A stretch of 64,000 nucleotides of DNA from Octopus sinensis (Eukaryota). Below are positions 49,583-61,562 of the stretch, piece after piece (the first letter of the stretch is position 1; every line of letters begins with the position of its first letter). The DNA lies in contig NC_043009.1 of assembly GCF_006345805.1 (NCBI RefSeq), forward strand, positions 64,852,001 through 64,916,000, read 5' to 3'. The notes beneath the pieces are model-generated. The model was not told where the DNA came from. It did not search any database and saw only the letters and a program-made list of their open reading frames with translations. The position numbers and the translations under genes were made by a program.

Positions 49583-49815
49583 AAGGCGGCGAGCTGGCAG
49601 AAACGTTAGCACGCCGGGCGAAACGCGTAGCCGCATTTCGTCTGCCGTTACGTTCTGAGTTCAAATTCCGCCGAGGTCGACTTTGCCTTTCATCTTTTCG
49701 GGGTCAATAAATTAAGTACCAGTTACGCACTGGGGTCGATGTAATCGACTTAATCCGCGTGTCTGTCCTTGTTTGTCTCCTCTATGTTTAGCCCCCTGTG
49801 GGCAATAAAGAAATA
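49583..49815 (+). mobile_element. SINE family B, full length
   Basis: AAGGCGGCGAGCTGGCAGAAACGTTAGCACGCCGGGCG...GTGGGCAATAAAGAAATA. Confidence 0.88.
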
Positions 49816-50399
49816 AGAAATAAAGATTAATAAAAACTAAAAATGGAGAAATAAATACCGCAAGGTTTTCTATCAAGGCTCTCATGGCTTTGACGATTCT
49901 TGCATCTAATATTGATTTTTGATACAGGAATTTTGTGAGGAAAGATAAATTCATTATATCGGATATATTTGACTTCGGAAAGATGAAAGACAAAATTGAA
50001 CTCTGGACGCAAAGGTTCGGAACAAATATAAAAACATGTTTCCCTATGCCTTAATGGCTCTGCCGATTCGTCGCCGTCTTGTGACTCATATTAACAAGTC
50101 ACTTTAGATGCTTGTCTATTAAATCTGCCAGTTATTTGCCTACTTTTTCAAAGGTCATCAGAGTTGCTGAAATTAATGTAAAGAACAAACTGCAGAATGT
50201 CTCCACCCAAATGCAATGTCATGAAATCTGATATTTTATTGTCAAGTTAGAATTAATGTAATCTTATTTTGTGTGTGTATATAACGAGTGTCGGTGCATC
50301 TATATTAACGGCTGTTAGATAACTATCATAACGAAGTCTTTCATCGGTATAGGTGGGCTTTAGGCTCAGATCCTTCTCCAGCGTCGCAACAACTCTGTA

Positions 50400-51360
50400 G
50401 ATATGTCTTTTCTCTTGAGGACTTTCTTGTGTACTCGAGACCAAGGAAAGTATACGAGAGACCATTTCCTGCCACTTTGCTCTCATTCACTAATCTGGTT
50501 TCAGCAAGCACGGACATTAAATCTTTCCAAATATTGAGCAAGGAGACCAGTTCACCATTTTGATGTGTTGATGTTCTGCCTGTCTTTTCGAGTTCGAATA
50601 TTCCTGCTGCTCCGATTCATGAACACCAACTTTCAATGCCACATGCCGGATACCCAAGCACACATCTGCAGAATCCAGAACGACTGGTAACAAGCTAAGG
50701 CTAGCGAATTTCAAAGTTATGCTGACCAGCATCTTATATGTGAATTCCACTTATCTATACCGTCTTTGGACTTACCAAGGTGAAAGCTGAAGACAGAACT
50801 TGGCCTGAACACTTTAGTAACCTACTGAACAGACCACCAACAGCCTATGATGATTGTTATGTTGATCTTGATATGTTTCCAAAACGATCCAGAATGGCAT
50901 TTTTCCCAACTTGCAAGAACTGAACTTTGTCATTTGTCATTTGCGTCGCTAAAAAGCCTCTGGTCTACATTCTGTCCTTGCTGAGTCGTAGAAGCAACAG
51001 GAAAACATATTTGAAGGTAAATTTTCACCACCTGATATTAAAAATTGAGAACAGAAATCTGATCCGAGTTACTTTGAAGATGTCTGAATTGTGACCATCT
51101 TCAAAAAAGGAGCGGCGAAGTATGTGGAAACTACAGTGAGACCTTTCTGTTGGCATCAATTTACAAGAATTTATCTCACATGCTGTTGAATCAGCTCAAC
51201 CAACTTTCCGATCAAATCTTGCCGGAGGCCCCAATGCGGTTTCCATCCTCGAAGAGGCACAACTTATAATTTTGTTGCCAGTCGGTTAAAAAAAAAGGAG
51301 GGAACAATGGGAACCGATCTTTTTTTAATCTTCTATGATCTCATTAAAGCCTTTGATGCG
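50400..51360. mobile_element. Old rearranged RTE/BovB-like LINE: APE N-terminal relic on minus (about 50400-50745), RT relic on plus (about 50770-51360)
   Basis: Minus strand LAETRL...YTF. Plus strand EHFSNLLNRP, QILPEA(Q)CGF, FYDLIKAFD, with many disablements. Confidence 0.6.
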
Positions 51361-51391
51361 CAAAAGTGAATGTACTCCGCATTGTTCATCT

Positions 51392-51432
<41 letters not shown>

Positions 51433-51435
51433 GAC

Positions 51436-51467
<32 letters not shown>

Positions 51468-51524
51468 TCAGATTGTGTAGGCAATTGTCAAGAACTGAGT
51501 TATGTTCGATATATTATAATAAAT

Positions 51525-51755
51525 TAGGGCGGCGAACTGGCAGAAACGTTAGCCGGGCGAAATGCTTAGCCGTATTTCGTCTATCGTTACGTTCTGAGTT
51601 CAAATTCCGCCGAGGTCGACTTTGCCTTTAATCCTTTCGGGGTCGATAAATAAAGTACCAGTTTCGCACTGGGGTCGATGTAATCGACTTAATCCCTTTG
51701 TCTATCCTTGTTTGTCCCCTCTGTGTTTAGCCCCTTGTGGGTAGTAAAGAAATAT
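51525..51755 (+). mobile_element. SINE family B
   Basis: Family B head and core. Confidence 0.85.
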
Positions 51756-51790
51756 ATATTATAATAAATATGAAGCTTGGTTTGACTTAC

Positions 51791-51924
51791 TTCAAGTCCG
51801 GCAAATTTGTAACCTTTTGCTACACAATGCAATCTGCAAGACTTGATGGTCATCGATGGCGAGGATATTAAATCCCCTTGCATTGCTCTTCTGTGTAAGA
51901 AATCCTTGAAGCATCCAATGTAAC
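51791..51924 (-). CDS. PAN-mucin-WSC gene, WSC1 first half (134 nt, phase 1-0): (S)YIGCFKDFLHRRAMQGDLISSPSMTIKSCRLHCVAKGYKFAGLE
   Basis: Acceptor tttctttactaaacag and donor GAA|gtaagt. YIGCFKD...MT...C..HC...GYKFAGLE is canonical WSC. Confidence 0.95.
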
Positions 51925-52049
51925 CTGTTTAGTAAAGAAACAATATTTTATAAGAGATGAGGCGTAGAATGAGGCATATTTCGGCAAAGGAAAAACAAAG
52001 AATTTGCTTCGCTGCTGTCCTAAGTGAACCTTAAGAACTGACGGGCTGA

Positions 52050-52760
52050 CAAAAGTGAGATGTGCAAGTTCTGTGAGAAATCAAGGCAGTCACTAAGGCG
52101 TGTGTGGCATTGCTGCGGAGTTCTTCTCTTGGAGACACAATCAAGTAATCATAGGTCACTTGCACGGCTGTATTGTAACTTGTAATGAAAAGTGGATTTT
52201 GTACAATAATAAAAAACAAAAAAAAAAACGTTCTTTGCAGTGGTTGGACCAAAATTAAGCACCGAAAACCTTCCCGAAAGCAGAGCTCATCAAGAAGAAA
52301 GTTATGGTGACTGTTTGGTGGTGTGGTGATATACTCATCCACCATAACTTAAAACTCGGAAAAACCATTACTGCAGAAACATATTACCATGAAATCGCCA
52401 GAATGAACGAAAAACGGCTACTCCTCCGTCCCAGACTGGTCAACAGAAGAGGGCCAATCATTTTTCATGACAATGCTCGACAACACTTTTCAGTAACGAC
52501 GCTCCAGAAGTTGAAGGAATTTGTCTACGAAGTTCTTTCATATCCAGCTTATTGCCCAGGCTTTTCTCCTACCGACTACCACTTTTTCAAGCACTTTGAA
52601 GACTTCCTGCGAGAGGAGTTCAAGAATCGAACCGATGTTGAAGGTGCGCTGAAAGAGTTCATCAGCTCCAGAACTCCAGATTTTTATGTTACCAAAATAA
52701 ACGAACTTGTGACTCGTAATATTGTGATGAATTTCATGTTTCAAAACGTTGCTTACTTTT
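52050..52760 (+). mobile_element. Mariner transposase relic
   Basis: TCNEKWILY, KKVMVTVWW, FHDNARQH, YCPGFSPTDYHFF. Confidence 0.88.
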
Positions 52761-52820
52761 TGCTCAGCCTGATGTATATATATTAATAAAACACAAATAT
52801 TTCATGTGTTTGTAAACATA

Positions 52821-54016
52821 CGAAGGTCAGCTGAAAAGTTCATTGGCTGACTAAGATACTCTCATGAAATGTGACCAAATTTTTCAATACAGTCTCCCTT
52901 GTGGTCCTCACTCTTCTTCCATCGTTGCTGCAGTTCTTGGATCTCAACGGGGAAGAAGCTTTCAACCTGTTGCTCAAAAAGTCATCAACAACAGATATGA
53001 CGCCATCATCAATGTGAAACTGATTCCCAGTCAAGGGAACAGATGATAGTCACATGGGTCCAAATCGGGAGAATAAGGAGCGTGATCAACCAGTTAAAAG
53101 CCAGTCATGCACAGAAGCCATTGAAAACAAGGACTTGTGTGCCGAGCCTTTTTGTGAGTTTTCCCGGGCATTCGGTCTTCATAACCTTTCATAACCTTTC
53201 AAAACTGCCTAATCAAGCTGACATAGTACTCTTCATTTCCTTCCTGAAAAACTGAAGCCATCAACTTCTCTGAAGATGAAACGACCCTGGCTTTTTTCGG
53301 AGCAGGTGAGAAAGGGTGCTTTCGCTGCATGGATTGTCTCTTCGTCTCTGGCTCAAAGTGATGAACTCAATACTCATCTTGGGTAAAGAAACGTTCATGG
53401 AAACCAGCTGGATCTGCCTCAAACGATGTCAGATTTTTCTGTGATGTGATCAGCCTGGTGCGAATTTGATCAGCAGTCAGAAGGCATGGCCCCCACCACC
53501 GAGCATAAACCTTCGTCATGCTAAGCTCATTGTGCAGAATATTCTCAACTCTTTCACAGGATATGCTAATAGTATTGACTATTTGATTTACAGTCAATCG
53601 CCTGTCACCCATCACTATATGGTGATTACGATCAGTGTTTTACTCGGGGGTGACAGTTGCAGAACGTTCAGGGCTTGGGTCATCTCCTCCTAAATTCAGC
53701 TGCTCCCTGTTGCATCATTGATAAAGCCGGAGCATCGACCCCTATTGTAGCAACCATGTCAGCATGAATGTTGTTGGGGAAGCTAAACCCTTTTCCAGCA
53801 GGGACTTGATAACACCACCATGCCAAATTTTGTCGATTTTTGAGAGAAGTCGTTACTAGTAACATTTGAAGTCTTCTTTGAACAGTCAGATGTCAGTTTA
53901 CCTGGAAAGAAACAATGCAGTTATCCATAAGAAGGGTTGAAATTCATACATGCAAGATTTCACAGCTCTAGCATCACTCCTTCGAAACCGGCCAATGAAC
54001 TTTCAGTCCACCCTCG
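52821..54016 (-). mobile_element. Full-length decayed mariner (about 1.2 kb) with both TIRs
   Basis: Left TA|CGAAGGTCAGCTGAAAAGTTCATTGGC; right GCCAATGAACTTTCAGTCCACCCTCG. Minus-strand DRRLTV...ILHNELSMTKVYARW...LT...TQDE. Confidence 0.85.
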
Positions 54017-54048
54017 AAAGTTGATCATTTAAAAATATTAATACTTAC

Positions 54049-57000
54049 TTGGAGTCACAATAATTGGTGTTGTTGACTGCTCTGTAGAGGGCGTTGTTGA
54101 CTGCTCTGTAGAGGGCGTTGTTGATTGTTCTGTTGAGGCCGTTGTTGACTGCTCTGTAGAGGGCGTTGTTGACTGCTCTGTAAAAGGTGTTGTCTGTTCT
54201 GTAGAGGGCGTTGTTGATTGTTCTGTAAAAGGTGTTGTCTGTTCTGTAGAGGGCGTTGTTGATTGTTCTGTAGAGGGCGTTGTTGTCTGTTCTGTAGAGG
54301 GCGTTGTTGATTGTTCTGTAGAGGGCGTCGTTGACTGTTCTGCTGAAGGCGTTGTTGACTGTCCTGTAGAGGGCGTCGTTGACTGTTCTGCAGAGGGCGT
54401 TGTTGACTGTTCTGCTGAAGGCGTTGTTGACTGTCCTGTAGAGGGCGTTGTTGACTGTTCTTCTGTAGAGGGCGTTGTTGACTGTCCTGTAGAGGGCGTC
54501 GTTGACTGTTCTGCAGAGGGCGTTGTTGACTGTTCTGCTGAAGGCGTTGTTGACTGTCCTGTAGAGGGCGTCGTTGACTGTTCTGCAGAGGGCGTTGTTG
54601 ACTGTTCTGCTGAAGGCGTTGTTGACTGTCCTGTAGAGGGCGTCGTTGACTGTTCTGCAGAGGGCATTGTTGACTGTTCTGCTGAAGGTGTTGTTGACTG
54701 TCCTGTAGAGGGCGTCGTTGACTGTTCTGCAGAGGGTGTTGTTGACTGTTCTTCTGTAGAGGGCGTTGTTGACTGTCCTGTAGAGGGCGTCGTTGACTGT
54801 TCTGCAGAGGGCGTTGTTGACTGTTCTGCTGAAGGCGTTGTTGACTGTCCTGTAGAGGGCGTTGTTGACTGTTCTGCTGAAGGCGTTGTTGACTGTCCTG
54901 TAGAGGGCGTCGTTGACTGTTCTGCAGAGGGCGTTGTTGACTGTTCTGCTGAAGGCGTTGTTGACTGTCCTGTAGAGGGCGTCGTTGACTGTTCTGCAGA
55001 GGGCGTTGTTGACTGTTCTGCTGAAGGCGTTGTTGACTGTCCTGTAGAGGGCGTCGTTGACTGTTCTGCAGAGGGTGTTGTTGACTGTTCTTCTGTAGAG
55101 GGCGTTGTTGACTGTCCTGTAGAGGGCGTCGTTGACTGTTCTGCAGAGGGCGTTGTTGACTGTTCTGCTGAAGGCGTTGTTGACTGTCCTGTAGAGGGCG
55201 TTGTTGACTGTTCTGCTGAAGGCGTTGTTGACTGTCCTGTAGAGGGCGTCGTTGACTGTTCTGCAGAGGGCGTTGTTGACTGTTCTGCTGAAGGCGTTGT
55301 TGACTGTCCTGTAGAGGGCGTCGTTGACTGTTCTGCAGAGGGCGTTGTTGACTGTTCTGCTGAAGGCGTTGTTGACTGTCCTGTAGAGGGCGTCGTTGAC
55401 TGTTCTGCAGAGGGCGTTGTTGACTGTTCTGCTGAAGGTGTTGTTGACTGTCCTGTAGAGGGCGTCGTTGATTGTTCTGCCGAGGGCGTTGTTGATTGTC
55501 CTGTAGAAAGCGTAGACTGTTCTGATGGCATGCTTGAAAGTGTTGTCTTTTCAATAGAAATGGTTGTTTCTTGAGAGGTTTTTTGTGCTGGTTGTGTGAG
55601 ACATATAGGTGGTTCCGTGGTAGTCGTCGGTTGAGCTGTAGAGGGCGTTGCATGTGCTGTTGGTTCTATACAAGAGACAGAGGTAGGAGTAGTTGATTTG
55701 TCGGTAGAGGGCGTTGTTGTCAATGGTGTTGAGTGCATTGTAGATTGTTGTGCTGTTGACTGTTCTGCACTGGGTGAAATAGTTTGAGTTATACAAGGCA
55801 TAGTTGACTCAGGTGTAGATAGCGTTGTTGACTCTCCTGTAGATGGCGATGTCGACTCTCCTGTAGACGGCGTTGTTGACTCTCCTGTAGACGGCGTTGT
55901 TGACTCTCCTGTAGACGGCGTTGTTGACTCTCCTGTATACGGTGTTGTCGACTCTCCTGTAGACGGCGTTGTTGACTCTCCTGTAGACGGTGTTGTCGAC
56001 TCTCCTGTATAAGGTGTTTCTGACTCTCCTGTAGATGGCGCTGTTGACTCTCCTGTAGACGGCGTTGTTGACTCTCCCGTATACGGTGTTGCTGACTCTC
56101 CTGTAGATGGCGCTGTTGACTCTCCTGTAGACGGCGTTGTTGACTCTCCTGTATACGGTGTTGTTGACTCTCCTGTATAAGGTGTTGCTGACTCTCCTGT
56201 AGATGGCGCTGTTGACTCTCCTGAAGACGGCGTTGTTGACTCTCCTGTATACGGTGTTGCTGACTCACCTGTAGATGGCGCTGTTGACTCTCCTGTAGAC
56301 GGCGTTGTTGACTCTCCTGTAGACGGCGTTGTTGACTCTCCTGTAGACGGTGTTGTTGACTCTCCTGTATAAGGTGTTGCTGACTCTCCTGTAGACGGCG
56401 CTGTTGACTCTCCTGAAGACGGCGTTGTTGACTCTCCTGTATACGGTGTTGCTGACTCTCCTGTAGATGGCGCTGTTGACTCTCCTGTAGACGGCGTTGT
56501 TGACTCTCCTGTAGACGGCGTTGTTGACTCTCCTGTATACGGTGTTGTCGACTCTCCTGTAGACGGCGTTGTTGACTCTCCTGAAGACAGCGTTGTTGAC
56601 TCTCCTGTATACGGTGTTGCTGACTCACCTGTAGATGGCGCTGTTGACTCTCCTGTAGACGGCGCTGTTGACTCTCCTGTAGATGGCGTTGTTGACTCTC
56701 CTGTAGACGGCGTTGTTGACTCTCCTGTATAAGGTGTTGCTGACTCTCCTGTAGATGGCGCTGTTGACTCTCCTGTAGACGGCGTTGTTGACTCTCCTGT
56801 AGACGGTGTTGTCGACTCTCCTGTATAAGGTGTTGCTGACTCTCCTGTAGATGGCGCTGTTGACTCCCCTGAAGACGGCGTTGTTGACTCTCCTGTAGAC
56901 GGCGTTGTTGACTCTCCTGTATACGGTGTTGTCGACTCTCCTGTAGACGGCGTTGTTGACTCTCCTGTATACGGTGTTGTCGACTCTCCTGTATAAGGTG

Positions 57001-58353
57001 TTGCTGACTCTCCTGTAGATGGCGCGGTTGACTCTCCTGTAGACGGCGTTGTTGACTCTCCTGTATACGGTGTTGTTGACTCTCCTGTATAAGGTGTTGC
57101 TGACTCTCCTGTAGATGGCGCTGTTGACTTTCCTGAAGACGGCGTTGTTGACTCTCCTGTAGACGGCGTTGTTGACTCTCCTGTATACGGTGTTGCTGAC
57201 TCTCCTGTAGGTGGCGCTGTTGACTCTCCTGTAGACGGCGTTGTTGACTTTCCTGTAGACGGCGTTGTTGACTCTCCTGTATACGGTGTTGTCGACTCTC
57301 CTGTAGACGGTGTTGTTGATTCTCCTGTATACGGTGTTGCTGACTCTCCTGTAGATGGCGCTGTTGACTCTCCTGTAGACGGCGTTGTTGACTCTCCTGT
57401 ATACGGTGTTGTTGACTCTCCTGTATAAGGTGTTGCTGACTCTCCTGTAGATGGCGCTGTTGACTCTCCTGTAGACGGTGTTGTTGACTCTCCTGAAGAC
57501 GGTGTTGTTGACTCTCCTGTAGACGGCGTTGTTGACTCTCCTGTAGACGGTGTTGTCGACTCTCCTGTATAAGGTGTTGCTGACTCTCCTGTAGATGGCG
57601 CGGTTGACTCTCCTGTAGACGGCGTTGTTGACTCTCCTGTATACGGTGTTGTTGACTCTCCTGTATAAGGTGTTGCTGACTCTCCTGTAGATGGCGCTGT
57701 TGACTCTCCTGAAGACGGCGTTGTTGACTCTCCTGTAGACGGCGTTGTTGACTCTCCTGTATACGGTGTTGCTGACTCTCCTGTAGATGGCGCTGTTGAC
57801 TCTCCTGTAGACGGCGTTGTTGACTCTCCTGTATACGGTGTTGTTGACTCTCCTGTATAAGGTGTTGCTGACTCTCCTGTAGATGGCGCTGTTGACTCTC
57901 CTGTATACAGTGTTGTTGACTCTCCTGAAGACGGTGTTGTTGACTCTCCTGTAGACGGCGTTGTTTCCTCTCCAGTAGACGGCGTTGTGGACTCTCCTGT
58001 AGACGGTGTTGTTGACTCTCCCGTAGACGGAGTTGTCGACTCTTCTATCGGCGTTGTTGACTCTCCTGTAGACGGTGTTGTTGTTTCTCCTGTAGACGGC
58101 GTTGTCGACTCATGTGTAGATGGCATTGTTGACTCGGGTATCGATGGTTTTGTGGACTCTGGCGCTGACGGTGCTGTTGACTCTTCTGTAGAGAGTGTTG
58201 TTGTTTGTTCTGGTGTCTCCGTTACTGGTGTTGTTGTTTGCTCTGTAGAAGTTGTTGCTGTTTGCGTTGAAGCTGGTGTTGTTGACGCTTGTGGAGAGGG
58301 TGTTGTCGATTCACTAAAGCGTGTAGTAGCAGTTGTTGTAGTTTTAACCTTCT
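54049..58353 (-). CDS. PAN-mucin-WSC gene, giant PTS (mucin) exon, 4305 nt = 1435 codons, phase 1-1
   Basis: Uninterrupted Ser/Thr/Pro/Glu-rich frame with acceptor ttttctttttctttag and donor A|gtaagt. Block A (GESTTPST-type, about 95 units, about 58100-55824), a 3-Cys linker, and block B (EQSTTPSA/GQSTTPST, about 60 units, about 55525-54066). Confidence 0.95.
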
Positions 58354-58783
58354 CTAAAGAAAAAGAAAACGACAAAATATATAATGTAGGTATTATTTGA
58401 AGGCTGTTATTTTCTTAACTTAAGACAATATTAACACAAAAGCGATGAACGGAATTTAAGCAATAACTGGTCTGACTAGTCTGAGATATGATATCCATTC
58501 CTAATGGCAAACGATTCCGCCTCACATTGCACTGAGCATTATTCACTCATTAAAGGGGAAAATATCATGAAAGTCCATTTGTTCAACACCTATTCGTGTG
58601 CAAATCGAAATAATGTAGGAGAAAATTAAATAACGGATATTTAAATGAAACATAGTAAATGTGTTCGTTTTGGATTGTTTGAACTTTGGTTGGTTTGCTT
58701 TAAATTTGAATTTATTTCCTGATTTGAGTGAGTTCTACAATTGTGTGTTTCGTTATGGAAGTCAAAATCTCAGTTTCCAAGTA

Positions 58784-58994
58784 TCTCTTTTACTCTTTTA
58801 CTCTTTTACTTGTTTCAGTCATTTGACTGCGGCCATGCTGGAGCACCGCCTTTAGTCGGTTAAATCGACCCTGGGACTTATTCTTTGTAAGCCCAGTACT
58901 TATTCTATCGGTCTCTTTTGCCGAACCGCTAAGTGACGGGGACGTAAACACACCAGCAATGCTAGGGGGACAAACACAGACACACAAACACACG

Positions 58995-59026
<32 letters not shown>

Positions 59027-59195
59027 CATATATACGACAGGCTTCTTTCAGTTTCCGTCTACCAAATCCACTCACAAGGCATTGGTCTGTCCGGGGCTAT
59101 AGCAGAAGACACTTGCCCAAGATGCCACGTAGTGGGACTGAACCCGCAACCATGTGGTTGGTTAGCAAGCTACTTACCACACAGCCACTCCTGCG
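58784..59195 (-). mobile_element. SINE family A, full length
   Basis: All diagnostic blocks are present. Confidence 0.88.
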
Positions 59196-59634
59196 TTAGT
59201 TTATTTCGAACAAGTGTTATTATTTCCCAGGGTAACACACACACACAAAAGCAAAAGTGAGCAAACGTTGACCATACAAAAAGTCAACATTTAAAATTCG
59301 TATGCGTGTTCTGCGTGAAGACGAACGAGATGGGGAAATCCATTGACGTTGCAGATGGTGTTAAGCAGGCAATAGTCTATACTTGGGTAATCGGGGACCA
59401 AGCACCATATTTGCATCGTGGAAGTCTTAGTAACGAAGTGAAGAATAATAAACCAGATATTTAATTGTTAAATGAATGTCCTCAGTTAACATTGAACAAT
59501 TTTTGCGATCATTTGTATTCACTGCATGGTCAATAATGGTCCCAGAGTGTGTTCGAAAACTATAAATAAGTGATACTGAGGAAAGACTGTTTACACCGAA
59601 GCCTGTTTTCGTTTAGAAATGCTTTATAATATTT

Positions 59635-60033
59635 TCTACTCTAGGCACAAGGCCCGAAATTTATGGGGAAGGAGCCAGTCGATTACATCGACCCCAGTAC
59701 GCAATTAGTACTTAATTCATCGACCCCGAAAGGATGAAAGCAAAGTCGACCTCGGCGGAATTTGAACTCAGAATGTAAAGACAGACGAAATACCTATTTC
59801 TATTTCTTTACTATCCTCAAGGGGCTAAACTCAGAGAGGACAAACAAGGACAGACAGACGGATTAAGTCAATTACATCGACTCCAGTGCGAAACTGGTAC
59901 TTAATTTATCGACCCCGAAAGGATGAAAGGCAAAGTCGATCTCGGCGGAATTTGAACTCAGAACGTAACGGCAGACGAAATACCGCCAAGCATTTCGCCC
60001 GGCGTGCTAACGTTTCTGCCAGCTCGCCGCCTT
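59635..60033 (-). mobile_element. SINE family B dimer
   Basis: Headed unit 60033-59790 followed by a headless unit; same junction as elsewhere. Confidence 0.85.
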
Positions 60034-60529
60034 AGAAATGCTTTATAATACGATTTAAAATCCCAACAAATTTCCTTTCTCGCTTGTAAAATTAAGATTT
60101 CTAGTTTCATGGCCGTCTGAGGCAGAAGTAGATCGATCCTCGTAGTTGATTCGGACCACTTCCTTCTGTTAAAGTTTATTTTTTACTTGTGTATAAATCG
60201 TGATTTATAGTTATATTGCCGTCGGGTAACTTCGTACTAGCACTTATGTTCGTATTTCTTACGATCTAAAAACATATATATGTATAATAAAACAATCAGA
60301 TCTTGCCTAAATATCTATTTGTGATCGATAGCAAAATAAATAAATAAATAAATAAATAATAATAGTAATAATAATAATAATAATAATATTAATAATAATA
60401 ATAGCTTCAAAATTTTCCACAAGGGCAGACATTTTGGGGGGAGGGGATGAGTCGATTATATCGACCCCAGTGTTTCACTGGTACTTAATTTATCGACCCC
60501 CCCCCCAAAAAAAAATGAACGAACTATTG

Positions 60530-60650
60530 AGTTTGGTTTAATGGCCTACCAATGTATACTATGTGTTTCTTTGCCCTAGGAGTCGGGAAGACACTCGGCA
60601 AGAAATGGAAGCAAATTTGAAAGAAGAAAAATTAAGTAATGATAACAATA

Positions 60651-60721
<71 letters not shown>

Positions 60722-60722
60722 T
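60530..60722 (+). mobile_element. 3' UTR of the R4/Dong-like family plus (TAA)n tail
   Basis: TGCCCTAGGAGT.GG.A.ACACT.GGC.AGAAA...AAATTTGAA.GAA shared with about 39085-39145. Confidence 0.55.
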
Positions 60723-60745
60723 AAAAGACAAAAGAGAAAACTCAC

Positions 60746-60973
60746 GGTTGAGTTCATAATAATTCCATCCTTTGTTTTTCACTTTAAGTTTGTTAGTCTG
60801 GTGTGTGGCAGAAGACAAAGAACATTTTCGTTTCCGGGAGTTAAATTCGACCGAACGGCATTCTGGATGTTCCTGACATGCGCGTTTGCACTCCTCGAGG
60901 TTGGTTCGTTTGATTGTATGAAAACTCTTCTTCTTCTTTAAGCGTGCTCCCAGCAACGTATTTATGCCATTTA
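60746..60973 (-). CDS. PAN-mucin-WSC gene, PAN/Apple domain 2 (228 nt, phase 1-1): (L)NGINTLLGARLKKKKSFHTIKRTNLEECKRACQEHPECRSVEFNSRKRKCSLSSATHQTNKLKVKNKGWNYYELN
   Basis: C-x3-C-x5-C-x-S-x-x-F-x6-C-x-L...YY PAN pattern with donor C|gtgagt. The acceptor at 60974 is the best phase-compatible AG but is less certain. Confidence 0.85.
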
Positions 60974-61059
60974 CTATTTGTTTGAAATAAAAAAAAACAA
61001 TAAAGAATTAAAGCAAAGATATAATATTATTATTTATTCTAAATATTAGTTTCAAATCT

Positions 61060-61410
61060 TACTACTGGGGATAAATCGATTACATTGAGCCCAGTACGTA
61101 ACTGGTACTTATTTTTGTAAAGGCGGTGAGCTGGCAGAAACGTTAGCGCGCCGGGCGAAATGCTTAGCGGTATTTCATCTGCCGCTACGTTCTGAGTTCG
61201 AATTCCGCCGGGGTCGACTTTGCCTTTCATCCTTTTGGGGTCGATAAATTAAGTATCAGTTACGCACTGGGGTCAATATAATCGACTTAATCCGTTTGTC
61301 CGTCCTTGTTTATCATCTCAGTGTTTAGCCCCTTGTGGGTAGTAAAGAAATAGGTACTTATTTTTGTAGACTCCGAAAGGATGAAAGGCAAAGTCGACTT
61401 TAGCGGAATT
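61060..61410. mobile_element. SINE family B copy (plus strand, about 61121-61350) flanked by minus-strand family B fragments
   Basis: Family B head and core; short duplicated GGTACTTATTTTTGTA flanks. Confidence 0.75.
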
Positions 61411-61482
61411 AATTATTCATTTTTAATATTAGTTTATATTGACGTTACGTTCACTCACTCACTCACTCATTCAATCACTCAC

Positions 61483-61519
<37 letters not shown>

Positions 61520-61562
61520 TAATCAAGCAAGCAATCAATCAACTGAATGTTTTGTGACTTAC

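Noticed and set aside
54055-56628. Long alternative-frame ORFs (532 aa MQRPLQ..., 279 aa MSQQHR...) and the plus-strand 137-aa ORF at 57987
   Set aside because: Shadow frames of the 24-bp coding minisatellite; only the PTS frame has matching splice sites and connects to the flanking domain exons.
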